Source of the DNA: Ostrea edulis
Taxonomy: Eukaryota
DNA: 64,000 nt
Assembly: GCF_947568905.1 (NCBI RefSeq)
Contig: NC_079172.1
Coordinates: 64,294,001 to 64,358,000 of the forward strand
Direction: 5' to 3'
Shown here: positions 51,107 through 64,000 of the stretch, one piece after another
How positions within the stretch are numbered: position 1 is the first letter of the stretch
Layout of the letters: each line of letters opens with the position of its first letter
Notes under the pieces: generated by a model
What the model was told of the DNA's origin: nothing
Seen by the model: only the letters and a program-made list of their open reading frames with translations
The model's database searches: none
Translations under genes and position numbers: made by a program

Positions 51107-52478
51107 TACAAGAGGCGTGTTGTGGGATATATTGCGTATCTCAGACTCACGTTGTGGGATCCTTAGGTGGTTTATGGGTCATCTATATTTTAACCCATAA
51201 ACCATGTAGTATAAACTTCACAGAAATGTTCAAAATGATATTATTATCATAAAAAACAAAACAAAAATTTTTAACCCACAAGGATATATCGAAAACTATC
51301 CCCCAACGCAAAATCTATTTTTAGAACAGTCAGTCTAAGTCCCTAGCTTTCAACATTTTGTGTATCTATAAATGTCAAGTAGAAAGTCCCACAATACGGT
51401 TTAGTGATACACGCAATGCATTTTGGGAGGACAATGGCGGAGTTTAGCAGAAGGAAAAGAGCTGTAAGTATTTTGTTCTTATTTAAAAGGAAGTAGTAGA
51501 GCGATTAAATATAACGCATATTTATGATAATTAGACGACTGTCGGACTTGTTTGATCTTAAGCACAATAGGCGGACGCCCCAGCCTGAAGCGTAAACAAA
51601 GTCAAAAGAACATGCATGGATTCGGAATGCAAGTTACATACATTGGGTACTAGTCCGGGAGTTGTGAAAATTTAAGCGCGGTTATATTACTTTTTTTAAA
51701 ATTTGCATACATGTTTACCTCTGATGAAAGAAAAGAGGGATATCATCTGATCATATACCACAGGGGTCTGTTTCACAAAACTTAGTATCTAAGAGTTGTC
51801 TTAAGACCAAAATTTATCGTAAGATGGCACCATAGCTGTTTCACAAAACTTTCATATCTTATGACAATCTTAAGATCTATCATAATCTTAAGAGAACTAG
51901 ATACCTGCATGTCTTAAGTCTAAAGTGAAAATGGTGATATTGAATATACATTTTGGCTAAAAACTTAAGGATTTTTAGAAGAAAACAGTATTTGGAGATA
52001 GAACAATACTTTGTACCATTTCAGGCTTGTTGGAACCTTGCCACCCCCCCCCCCCCCTTGACCTCCACCAATAATTTAGCCAATTATGTTGCCAATTAAT
52101 ACTCTGTACGATAGAAAACATATCAATGTTATTGTTGTACCCCATTATACATGTATGTTCTTTTGCTTGTCAAGGAATTTTTGTGTGGTTGTGCCCCTCC
52201 CAACTGCAATTGTTTGGATGTGCATGCCCCCATACCGAAATTCTTCCTACGGGTATGTATACAAAATGCAACTTCAAGATATTTTATTTTCTAATCAAGG
52301 GCCCCGGAAGGCATTACAACATATAAAAGTTCAATTTAAACATCATCTCAACAGAAAACAATAACATTGCATATTTGTAATCAAGTTGCATTGTGTATAT
52401 GTAAGATAGTAAAATCCAGATATCATTTATACTTCATTCAGCATTATTTTAATTTTAAATTACTTCTCAAAGCTCATT

Positions 52479-53720
52479 TTTGGCCGGGTTGCACGAAGTG
52501 CAAATCCGGTCTATAGTATGGTAAAGTGCGGGCGGGCGGGCGGGGAAATTTTGTGAAATCAACTCCTCCTACAGTTTTTTATGTACAACCTTGAAACTTT
52601 GCAGAAAGTAAGTATATATATTGAAGTTATGCACTAGGTTTTTTGAAGTCCGACCTTTGTCGAATATGGGCGCTACAGCAAAAATTTGTTACTAAAAATA
52701 GAGTTCAACTTGAAAAAGGTAAGTGAGATTATCTTTTGTGGTTAAATTTATTCTATGTTTTAATCGTTTTGATAATTATACCCCCCGCAACAAGTTGTGG
52801 GTGGGGGGGGGGGGTATACTGGAATCAGGTTGTCCGTCTGTCCGTCCGTCCGTCTGTAGACGCAATGGTTTCCGGGCTCTAAAGCATTATCCTTTCCACC
52901 TACCATCACCATATCATACATATGGACTACCCATGGGATGAAGATGTTCCCTATCGATTTTGGGGTCAAAAGGTCAAAGGTCAAGCGCACTGGACATTGA
53001 AGTAGCAATATGGTTTCCGGGCTCTAAAGCGTTATCTTTTCCACCTACAGTCACCATATCATACATATGGACTACCCATGGGATGAAGATGTTCCCTATC
53101 GATTTTGGGGTCAAAAGGTCAAAGGTCAAGTGCACTGGACATTGAAGTAGCAATATGGTTTCCGGGCTCTAAAGCGTTATCCTTTCCACCTACAGTCACC
53201 ATATCATACATATGGACTACCCATGGGATGAAGATGTTCCCTATCGATTTTGGGGTCAAAAGGTCAAAGGTCAAGTGCACTGGACATTGAAGTAGCAATA
53301 TGGTTTCCGGGCTCTAAAGCGTTATCCTTTCCACCTACAGTCACCATATCATACATATGGACTACCCATGGGATGAATTTGTTCCCTATTGATTTTGGGG
53401 TCAAAAGGTCAAAGGTCACGCGCACTGGACATCGAAGTAGCAATATGGTTCGGTTTGTCATGCCATTTGTTTTTTACACTCAGAAAAGAGGTAGTTTATA
53501 CCTATTACCAACACCCTTTGGGAGATTGGGGTAAGCGGGGGGTATTCTTAGTGAGCATTGCTCACAGTACCTCTTGTTTACTTTACAATTCTGCCTCCTC
53601 CAACACTAAGGCCATAACAAATCATAACAGTCCTCCAGATAACTACCACCAAATAAATCCCTACCCAAATTATTTACTCTAAATATTGCAACCCGGCCAA
53701 TTGAGTCTTTGACCCATTTT
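52479..53720 (+). mobile_element. Outer HINE-like element hosting a second HINE
   Basis: 13-bp subterminal IR tggccgggttgca (52481) / tgcaacccggcca (53687), 5' hairpin, (GCGG)4 microsatellite, 3' hairpin tgagtc-ttt-gaccca, and T-rich ends. Confidence 0.7.
52776..53578 (+). mobile_element. Helentron-associated HINE with four near-identical 145-bp tandem repeats
   Basis: subTIR ataccccccgc / gcggggggtat, (GTCC)n, units starting at about 52863, 53007, 53152 and 53297 plus a partial unit, and the 3' palindrome gtgagc-att-gctcac. Confidence 0.88.
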
Positions 53721-55327
53721 TTGGCTAGAAAATCATATTTTCTATGATTAAGCAATGCTTAATTTAGTTCTCATACGTATGTTATTTATTCATCATGAAA
53801 TGGCTAACACCATTAGAGATATTTGATTTATAAACATATTAAGTAAATAAATTTTGAATCAACAAAATTCGAAGTATTCCCATTTTCTAATGGTTTGGGC
53901 AAGACCCGCCCTTGAAAGTAAAAAAAAAAATCGACCCCCCTCCCCAACATTTGTTAGACTTTTTTTTTAAATTTTATTTCATTTTGATGACACAGTTTTA
54001 GTTTTTGAGGTAATACACCCCGGCCTCTCGTTCACTTGAATGTGTATGGAAACTCAGTACACCCACTATTGGATGGCCAAACTGATGTTATCGGTTATAC
54101 ATGGGATTACTGCTGTAACATTTGAGGCTACATGTAAATGTTTCCTTCTTCAAAGCATTCGAAATGGTAAATTTCTGTTTGATAATTATTCTTTTTTTAT
54201 CTACTTCTTTGGATAGCACGATATTTTAATAGCAATAACAGAATTTAAGAGACACCTTCATAGACATGCGCGGATCTAGAGGGGGTGGGGGTCCGGACTC
54301 CCCTGGAATTTGCGGAGTTATTAAATGTACATAGTAAAGTATACAGTTTCTTTTAGAGGTTTTTTTTCTGCATAGACTTTTTCTTTTTACATTGATTCAA
54401 ATTTGCATTCTTACTGCAGTCCAAATTCATATTGTACAGATTTGAAAAATGTAGTCTTGCAGTATTATAGTAGTAAAAAAGTGCAGTGTAAAATACAATT
54501 TATTAAATGAAGAGACAGCTTGATGATTGGCCATCAGTAGGAAATGAAAAAAAAACAACAACAAAAACAAAAATGAAAATGCTGCAGTATGTGAATCATT
54601 ATTTTCTGGAATTGTTCACAAAACTTCTACTAGTTAATTCATTAAAATAAGCTTTATATTTTTCCCAAATTCTCATTCATTATTTAATATGTTTTGTCAG
54701 AGGGGGATATAAGTGCTACTTGGTTATGTTATGTTGATACAGTGCTACAGAAATAAAAGTAGTAAGAGAGAGGGAGATATAAGGGTTTATCTTGGTTAAT
54801 TGATTGGGACATCCCACTACAGATATTGAGCTGTGAACTCCATAATGCTAAGCACCAAGAAGACAGTCTACAGTCATTTACTAGATCTTGACCTTAATTT
54901 TGTTGTTGTTCCAGTTATATTTTGTCACCACTTCTTAATCAGTCTTTATCCTTGAGATATTATTGGATCAAGTTGACAATGACAGCTTTTTCTCTGAAAT
55001 TGCTGAACCAATTTCTAATTTTCTACCAATTTTGGTGTTTAGCATCTTTTGATGAAGAGGAACAAAAATTATGAATTTTATGATCCCAGTTTCCATGGAT
55101 GCTGAGGGATGGGGCCAAAACTATAAAAATTTGTGATCTACAAAAATCTTTTTTACCCTGAAACATCCAGCAGGCATATTGTTTGCATGATTATTATGAG
55201 CAGTTAGCCTCCTACCAAAATTGTGAAATTCAGAACTCCTGCGTCCATAGTTCAGGCCGCAGGGAGAGTAAATTTGCTGCAAGATTCTCTGTGACCATTA
55301 AGGCCCATGGGTATCTTGTTTGTTTCA

Positions 55328-55387
<60 letters not shown>
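55328..55387. repeat. Compound (TA)n(TG)n microsatellite
   Basis: Directly visible. Confidence 0.98.
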
Positions 55388-55389
<2 letters not shown>

Positions 55390-55959
55390 CTTATGTCTAT
55401 TCATGTTTTATGGGTCACTGTTTCCAGATACATGAGTTTCCTCAATGGAATGCTTTGAATTTGTTTAATTTCATCAATTTTATAGGAGATGCACTAGAAT
55501 TACTTTCCCAATTTCATACACTTTTTCATAAAAATCCCAAACAAAAAGTCACAGGCCTGTTTCAAAAAAGTCTTATTAATCCCTGTGTAATTGTCAAGAA
55601 AGGTTGCTGGTAATGGATATTGTAATGCATAGTTGGTTAAAGTTTGTCACGAAATCTGCATAATTCTGTGAAATTCCATGATGCCTGCTTAGACGGAAAA
55701 TCATTTTTAAATTGCTACATGTAGATTGTATTTTGCATGCGTGTCCTTTTCATTTCTGAGATTTCGTTCATGTTGCCGTAAGCATTTATATTTATTGAAC
55801 TCCATCCTAATCAAAATTACGCCTTTGTATACTTTGCTAATTAAAGTGAAAAGTACTAGTGAAGGTATCAAAGCTTGAATTAATTGTGTATCAACATTCT
55901 GCAGGAGGTAAATACTTCTATATATCCGTATAGTGGTTGACCCATAGTCTGTTGAACTT

Positions 55960-57420
55960 CATAGTTTGTGGGTCACTGTCATCTATACATGTATGTGTCT
56001 GTTCATGGATTGTGGGTCACTGTTATAGGTTGTTTGTTCTAACATTTTTCCTGTAGTTTGTTCATGGCTTTTTTTGTGTCTTTGTTTTTATACATTTGTG
56101 TATTTACATATATCGTCAACTTCCCACATTTATGTAGCAATATTCCATTATCACCTGCATATGGTGTTTATATATCTCAACTGCTTCGATATGCAAGAGC
56201 TTGTTCTCGGTATAGTCAGTATTTAAATCGAGGTAAGCTACTGACAAACAAGTTGATGGTACAGGGATTTCAACAGTCTCGATTGAAGTCAGCATTTCGC
56301 AAATTCTATGGTCGTTATAACGATCTAGTTCGTCAATACAACCTCGCATTGGGTCAAATGCTGTCTGACGTGTTTCATACCGATTGTTAAGCCGATCTTG
56401 GCACACTGATTTGACTGCGGATAACTCCGTTTACCTGATCAGGATATGGGGCTCACGGCGGGTGTGACCGGTCAACAGGGGATGCTTACTCCTCCTAGGC
56501 ACCTGATCCCACCTCTGGCGTGTCCAGGGGTCCGTGTTTGCCCAACTATCTATTTTGTATTGCTTGTAGGAGTTATGAGATTGATCACTGTTCGTTATCT
56601 TCACCTTGCATATGTGAATGCTAATAGTTTGTGGGTCACTGTCATATATACATGTATGTGTCTGTTCATGGATTGTGGGTCGATCACTGTCATAGATTGT
56701 TTGTTCTAACATTTTTCCTGCAGTTTGTTCATGGCATTTTTATGTCTTTGAGTTTAGACATTTGTGTATATGCGTACATATGTGAATGCTAATAGTTTTT
56801 GGGTCACTGTCATATATACATGTATGTGGCTGTTCATGGATTGTGGGTCACTGTCATAGACTGTTTGATCAAATATTTTTCCTGTAGTTTGTTCATGGCA
56901 TTTTTATGTCTTTGAGTTTAGAAATTTGTGTATATGCATACATATATATGTGAATGTTCATGGTTTTTGGATTACTGTCATATATAAATGTATGTGTCTT
57001 TTCATGGATTGTGGGTCACTATCATAGATTGTTTATTCTAATATAGTAGAAGTCCTATTATGGCAGTTCAGTTATACATGTGTTTATGGTTTGTTGATCA
57101 CCAGGTAACCCTCATGTTCATAGACTGTGGGACATTGTTTTAAGATTTTATTGTATTCAGATGTGTCCGATTATTGTTTTTGGATCAGTATAAGTATAAA
57201 TATATGATATGGATATTTGTCTGTTTGTGTTTTTTGGTCACTGTTGTAAGATACTAGATTGTGAATACAATTATGTGTGTTTGTTTATGGTTTGTCAGTC
57301 ATTATGTTTACATATATAAGTCTGTTTATTGTTTGCTGGTCACTGTTTGAAATACATGTGATGACCTAAGTATATATGGGTGTTCATGGTTTGTGAATCA
57401 CTTTGTCAGAATATATGAAT
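55960..57420. repeat. Degenerate tandem repeat of about 168 bp, built from about 40-bp gtgggtcactgtcata subunits
   Basis: Units start near 55962, 56625, 56793 and 56961, then decay to about 57420. Confidence 0.8.
56112..56607 (+). mobile_element. 5'-truncated Penelope-like retroelement 3' fragment inserted in the satellite
   Basis: VNFPHLCSNIPLSPAYGVYISQLLRYARACS..LTNKL..QGF resembles the post-RT region of Penelope-like elements and is followed by a 3' UTR. The satellite resumes after 56607. Confidence 0.65.
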
Positions 57421-58547
57421 GTATAAATTTCATCATTTTCTTAAATACCATGAAGGATGTTTGTATGTAACTTATACACAGTGGCATTCTTGCAGAAACT
57501 CGTTGATCAATCATGCTTAAGTTTGATGACCTTAACCTTCCACCTTTACTCATGTTACACTCTTATTGTTGTTGTAAAAAGAACTACATCCTAATGGCTA
57601 AATACTAGTGGCTAATTGCTAAATGGTTGTAACTGTCTGACACTTACAGTTATATATTATGTCACAAAATTGGTCAGTTTGTGAGAGCATGTGGAAATGA
57701 ACTTTTCTATACCAAGGTAAACAGTTTAGAGTTCCTTATTGATATGGTCTTTCTGAGAACTGTTAGATTAACCTTTTTTTACAACGTCGACCGCCGCAGA
57801 GCAGCACATGATAATCCACGAATGGTTTGGTGAATATTGATTTCGTGTGTGTTCCATCAAAAATATTTAATTAGAGATGCGATTGAAATTTTAAGACCGG
57901 ACATGTGCCAGGCAGTATGTACAATTTTGAAAGGAAAATTTGTTGAGATATGAAACGTTATGCAGTGTAACATCTCGTTCGAAACAAGACAAAGGAGATG
58001 CGTTTTTATATCTTATGGATTCTTCCAAAATTTATTCAAATTATCAACAAATGAGAACTCCTAGGACCAAAAAAAAAAAAACCCCAAAAAACCATGATAA
58101 TAATAATTTAATGATATTTTAGAAAGCGCAGCGAGACATCACATAAATTTTATATTTAGCCTGCCACCTTTTTGCTCTAGTGGATGACAACAATGACTAA
58201 TATATTTTTACATCATAGAGGGCGAAGTAAATATTGAATTTTTCTTTATAAAAATGTGTATATTCATTTTTCATTTAATTTCCATTGCTATTTAATTAAG
58301 CTATGTTGTGTGTAATTTTTAAAAATAAAATTAATTTGCTCCAACACCTTAACATGAAATATGTGCCCTCAAATACCCCAAAATCCCACTGAAAATGAGA
58401 GAAAATTGTTTCAATTTTGTGCAGAAACACAACCACTGTTGGATTGTTCTTACATTGAAAAATGTGTATCGTATCTACTAGAATAACATATCAAAAAATT
58501 AGAGATGTCATATTTCATTTAAGAAAATAAATTGATTTTAAAATTTG

Positions 58548-59268
58548 TGTTATGCCCCATACTATGGTAATTTGGTAATTTTCCATTTTTATCTGTTCAG
58601 GAGTTATTGTTCTTTTCAATTATTGCAAAGTTTTATTTAGAGTTATCTCCCTTTAACGTACATTGCAGCCATCTTGTGTTTTTCAACATCTCTATAATTT
58701 GTGGCCTACTACAATGTAAGTAGCTATGCATTATATTTGTGCATTTGTAGAATTGTTTTTTACAATATTTAAATGTTAGTTTCATTGAGATATTTTATAT
58801 AACTTTAAATTTAACAGAAATTTCTACGGCACGTGTCTTGGGTAGATATTGTAGTCCCTATGAGCTGGAACAATTTATTTTAGGCTTTGTGCAGTTAATT
58901 TATAGTAATGTTTGCAATCCATGTGAATTATATATGTAGTTAATGGCATATTTCTTGCAATTTTGTTGATAAGTATTTATATAAAGTAAACCCCTATTTG
59001 TCAGAAAAAGTTATGGAAAGCACTTGGTGTCATTATGTATTTTTCTTGAATTTTTCTAATGTATGGTGTGCTATTATAGATATTATTCCAAAATGTAATT
59101 TCATTCTTTGTACTTTTACAGCCTTTTACCACACTCACACACACATCTACTCAGCCTCATCTTCATGTATTATGGAATACATTACTGGGAGAAATACATA
59201 TTCAGAATTTGTATTGGAGTAACTGTGTACTTAGTGAATGGTTATACTACTGCCTCCGGGGCAGAACA
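58548..59268 (+). repeat. Probable 5' LTR of the BEL/Pao element (about 720 bp)
   Basis: TGTTAT...AGAACA termini (5/6 inverted match), located 37 bp before the gag ATG. The second LTR is outside the window, so the boundaries are unverified. Confidence 0.55.
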
Positions 59269-59305
59269 GTAAAAGGATTACAACTGGCCTGACAAACACA
59301 ACACA

Positions 59306-62300
59306 ATGGATCCAAATCTATTGGAAAACAAAAACATGGAGGATTCATCAGGAGATGTGAGACCTCAGCGGAATATAAAATTGACGGATAAAGGTCAAGA
59401 ACATTTTGAAGACCTCAGCAAATCGCACCAAGCTCGGATTGCGAAGGCATGGAACACATTGGACATTTGTTTAAAAAGCATTGATAAAACGCGTGAAGAA
59501 ATGGAAGAATTACTCGCTTTGCATACAGAAATTAAAAAACTTGGGACTGAATTAGAAACACAATGCTCGGACTATTTACAATTCCTAAACCGGCATAATT
59601 CTGACAATGAACTGGAACTTTTCAACAGAACTTTGAGAGGGTACCGTTTGATGGTGGACACTTCTTTGAGGAAACTCACACTGAAAATTGAAGATCTGAA
59701 ATTCAGAGAAAATGCTTCAAGATCTTCTAAGCCAACTATATCGTCACACAATCTAAGTCAGTCATCAGCAGTATTAAGAAAGCGGGCCAAGGCAGAAGCC
59801 CTGAAGGCTTCCCTTAAATTTGCGGAGGACCAAGCTCTACTGCAGAAGAGACAGGTAGAACTGACACTACGACATGCAATTACAGACAAGGAAAATGCTG
59901 AACTAACTGCTGAAATGAATTTACTGAGCATTAAACGTGAAGCATTAGAGTTAGAAGTTGAAGCACAAGTCTTGGAAAACGATGAAAGCCGTTCCATTAA
60001 ATCAGTGTTGGAAAACTTAGAAACTGAAAATTCTCAAAAAAGAACAAGTGCATATGTTCAGAACATTTCATCAACTTGTAATGAAACTCAACCAGTGACA
60101 GTGTCTCAAAATCAACCAACTGTTGAACAACAAAATGAATCAGAAACTCCACAGCCATTGGAAGTTACATCATCATCACCCCATCCAGCTGTGACCATGA
60201 CAACTTCATAACCTTTTATATATGAAGCACCATTTATGTCGTCACAACCTTGTATATCTACAGCTCCACTCATGTCAAGGTCACAGTCCCAAACCTACAG
60301 AGTCCCATTTGTGCCAACATCACAAAATCAAATGTATGGAACTTAATCAGTGTCAAGAACTCAGCAGTTTCCAGTGGAACTTACAAAGTTTATCTTAAAG
60401 AAAGACTTGCTTTTGTCTCGATTGACAACATTTAATGACAAGCCTGAGTTTTACCCAACTTGGAAAAATTCTTTCAAGGCAATCATGCATGAACTTGAGG
60501 CGGAAATAGACCTACTTATCAAATGGACTGGACCGTTATCACAACGTCACATTATGAGCATTAATGCCGCCAACATGAACAATCCTGAGCACGCATTACG
60601 TCGAAGTTGGATTCGTCTGGATGAACGTTTCGGCTGTCCAGAAATGATCGAGTCAGCCCTGAAGACTAAATTAGACTCTTTTCAAACATTAACCACAAAA
60701 GACCTTCATCGGTTGTATGATCTTTCGGACATTCTGGATGAGATAGAAGCCATTTAGGAGGACTCGCGCTATTCCTGTCTACTTTCGTATTTTGACAGTT
60801 CCTCAGGAGTGACACCGATCGTCAAGAAACTTCCAAGTTATATTCAAGGAAAGTGGACTAATGAAGTAGTGGCCTACATGACTATGAATTAAGTGTCATA
60901 TCCGCCTTTCAGGGTTTTCGCAAGATTCATCCGGGGGCAAGCAAAGATCAGGAATAATCCTTCTTTTGCTTATGACAACAAAACAGACACACTGAGAAGG
61001 AAGCCAGAGAAAGTGTCCACGAAGAAAACAGACTGTGTGCAGATGGGCGATGTTTCAGTTAGAAAGTGTCCACTTCATGGGACACATCATTCCTTGAATA
61101 AATGCAGAGCATTCAGACATAAGTCATTGGATGAAAGGAGGAAATTTCTGAAAGAGAAAAATATATGCTTCAAATGTTGTGATTCTCATTCTCATAAGCG
61201 AAGAGACTGTACTGCTCAAGTGAAATGCGAGGACTGTGATAGCACAAATCACCCATCAGCTCTACATGTTTTTGTTCGTAACACAAGAAATCATGGTGGG
61301 GAGATGCGAAATGATGGAAGACGCAATGACGGGGAGACACAGCATAACAGTGTAGGCTCCATGTGCACACAGATTTGTGGAGGACAATTTAATGGGAAAT
61401 CTTGCTCTAAGACTTTGTTGGTGAAAGTATTTCCAACGGAAGACCCTCGACAAGCCATAACTATGTATGCTGTCATAGACGATCAGTCGAATCGTTCTTT
61501 GGTCAGTCCTATATTTTTTGACCTGTTCAGGTTACAAGCTGACTCAACAGTTTACACACTCTCATCATGTGGAGGCACAATTCGTACTACTGGAAGAAAA
61601 GCCAGTGGATTTGTGGTGGAATCATTGGACGGTAGCTGTTCCCTTGATCTCCCGACACTTATAGAGTGTGAAAACGTACCCAATGTGAGAGAGGAGATTC
61701 CGACTCCAGACGTGGCTCAACATTACAGTCATTTGAGGAATATATCTAGCTTCATCCCTTCATTAGACCCAAAAGCTGAAATACTATTGTTGCTTGGTAG
61801 AGATATAGTAGAAGCACATCATGTTGTAGATCAACGAATTGGTGGAAGAAATCAACCGTATGGACAGAAATTACGCTTGGGTTGGACAATTATTGGAGAA
61901 ACCTGTCTTGGCAAGACTCATGTACCAAGATCAATCAATATGTACAAAACTCATATCCTGGGATCTGGTCGTGCGTCAATGATGCCACCTTGCACCAACG
62001 AATTCAAGATTAGAGAAGAAATCAATCACGTCCCATATGGTGTGAACTCAACAGATGCTTTAACTTGTGAGAGCGATAATTTCGGCAAGGATGTTTTCCG
62101 AAGAACCAAAGACGATGAGAAACCTGGGTTGTCAGTTGATGATTACCAGTTTCTTAACATTATGGATGATGGTTTTCAAAGAGATGCAAATGGTAATTGG
62201 ATCGCTCCACTCCCATTTCGCCATCCGCGACCACGACTCCCTAATAACAGAAGTGTTGCATTGAGACGAGCAAAGTTGCTGGAAGCTTCACTAAGAAGAA

Positions 62301-64000
62301 ACCCTTTGAAACAAGAACATTTTCTCACCTTTATGGAGGGCATTCTGAGAAATGGACATGCTGAGTTAGCACCACAATTGTCACATGATGAGGAATGCTG
62401 GTTCTTACCGATATTTGGTGTGTATCACCCAAAGAAACCAGATCAAGTGCGAGGAGTCTTTGATTCATCAGCGAAACACGAAGGATTCTCACTCAATGAT
62501 GTCTTGTTATCGGGTCCTGATCTCACAAACAGCCTTCTTGGAGTTCTAATGCGTTTTCGGAGGGAACCTGTTGCAGTGATGGCAGATGTACAGCAGATGT
62601 TTTACTGCTTTAAAGTGAACGAAAATCATCGCAATTTTCTACGATTTTTCTGGTTCAAAGACAATAATCCTAACAACCCAATGGTTGAATACAGGATGAC
62701 CGTCCATGTATTTGGCAATCGGCCATCGCCGGCAGTAGGGACTTACGGGATTCGTAGAACAGCACTGAATGCGAAAACAGAATTTGGACAAGACGTTAGA
62801 GATTTTGTGATGGACAATTTCTATGTAGACGATGGACTTATGTCGCTACCTACGGCATCCGAATCTACAAGTTTGATAAGGCGAACACAGAAAGCTTTAC
62901 TGGTTGAAGGCAATATGCGGCTGCATAAGATTTCTTCGAACAGCGAGGAAGTTTTGGGTTCGTTTCCAACAGAAGATCTTGCCAAAGATATGAAAGATCT
63001 AGAGTTCGGGAAGGACCTGCTCCCAATGCAACGGAGTCTTGGTCTTAATTGGAATTTGGATGATGACATTTTTTTCTTTGAGGTGACGTCAAAGAATACA
63101 GCATGCTCTAGAAGAGGAATTCTTTCCTGTGTGAATAGTATATTTGATCCCCTGGGATTCCTTGCACCTGTTGTCATAGAGGGAAAGAATATTTTGAGGA
63201 CTCTTGTTCAAAGCACTATTGACTGGGATACGCCACTCTCATTAGACCAAATAGAAGTTTGGGAGCGTTGGAAAAACCCTTTAGTTCATTTGGGAAATTT
63301 GAAGATTCCTCGGACATATGCACCTATGTCTTTGGAAAACTGTGTTCACAGATCAGTCCACGTTTTTTGTGATGCCTCAGAAATGACCATTGCTGCAGTT
63401 GGTTACATCAAAATGGCGTCTCACAACAATGATCAAGTAGGATTTGTTCTAGAAAAATCGAAACTCGCTCCAACGCATGGACACTTAATTCCAAGACTGG
63501 AGCTATGTGCGGCAATATTGGCAGTAGAAGTTGGTTGTTCTATAGCAGATCACTTATTGTTACCTATCGAGGAGTTCAACTTCTATTCTGACAGTAAAGT
63601 AGTGTTAGAGTATATTTTCAACACTACACGCCGATTCTATACATATGTCACAAATCGTGTCTCATTCATCCGGAAGATGACAAAACCGAAACAGTGGAAA
63701 ATCGTATCCACCGAATATAACCCTGCTGATCAAGCTACCCGTGCACTACCATCTCATCAACTGAAAGACAGTGCATGGTTGAATGGACCTCCTCATCTCG
63801 CTAAGCATGATCAGAAAGATGTTCGAGAATTTACCATGGTGGACCCTGATGCAGACAAGGAAGTGAGAACAACTGTGACTTGCTTCAAGAGTAACACTAA
63901 CACAAAGACATTAGGATCTCATTACTTCCCAAAGTTTTCGACTTGGAAAAGTCTTGTGAGAACATTTGTGCTGCTCAGACACATTGCAAAGTCTATTGCT
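59306..64000 (+). pseudogene. BEL/Pao gag-pol polyprotein (Gag, Cys/His knuckles, protease, RT, RNase H), running off the window
   Basis: One frame with in-frame stops at about 60211, 60347, 60757 and 60893, then open to 64000: CPLHG..HSL..C, CFKCC..H...C, YAVIDDQSNRS, VFDSSA, DVQQMF, FYVDDG, FCDAS, PRLELCAA and NPADQATR. Confidence 0.93.

Noticed and set aside
52863-53450. 145-bp tandem repeats (and the 21-bp repeats at 10119-10275) as a CRISPR-like array, and their repeated short ORFs
   Set aside because: The units are contiguous with no unique spacers, the context is eukaryotic and no cas genes are present. The ORFs merely repeat with the unit.
54010-54170. Possible further exon of the second Academ helicase
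   Set aside because: No frame yields helicase motifs III-VI.
5000-64000. Unidirectional (flamenco-like) piRNA cluster
   Set aside because: Element orientations are mixed (Gypsy1 +, LINE -, Gypsy2 -, Tc1 +, BEL +).

Overview
AT-rich eukaryotic DNA made almost entirely of transposable elements, with no host gene recognisable. The repeat repertoire (Helentron-type HINEs, Cg170-like monomers, a Meta-type SINE, AcademH, Kolobok) suggests an oyster-like bivalve; this is an inference. Left to right: (1) a spliced Mutator/Phantom-like transposase fused in frame to an intact DEDDh exonuclease (PML C-terminus-like); (2) a 5'-truncated, decayed Gypsy pol; (3) a SINE; (4) a CR1/L2-group LINE with a 2A-like motif, interrupted by a MITE; (5) a very young full-length Gypsy (1.23-kb LTRs) with intact gag/pol, a -1 frameshift signal and an extra ORF encoding two C2H2 zinc fingers; (6) a complete TTAA-flanked Kolobok with an intact 10-exon THAP-transposase and a convergent intact P2X7-ballast-like (KolX) gene; (7) an AcademH-type transposase plus intact RecQ-like helicase; (8) a Tc1 (DD34E) element split by stacked insertions; (9) a second AcademH helicase remnant; (10) nested HINEs, a satellite with a Penelope-like fragment; (11) a BEL/Pao element running off the window, whose primer-binding position lacks a tRNA-type TGG but is complementary to its own LTR, suggesting self-priming. 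All gene models and alignments were made by eye, and homopolymer frameshifts may be assembly errors.
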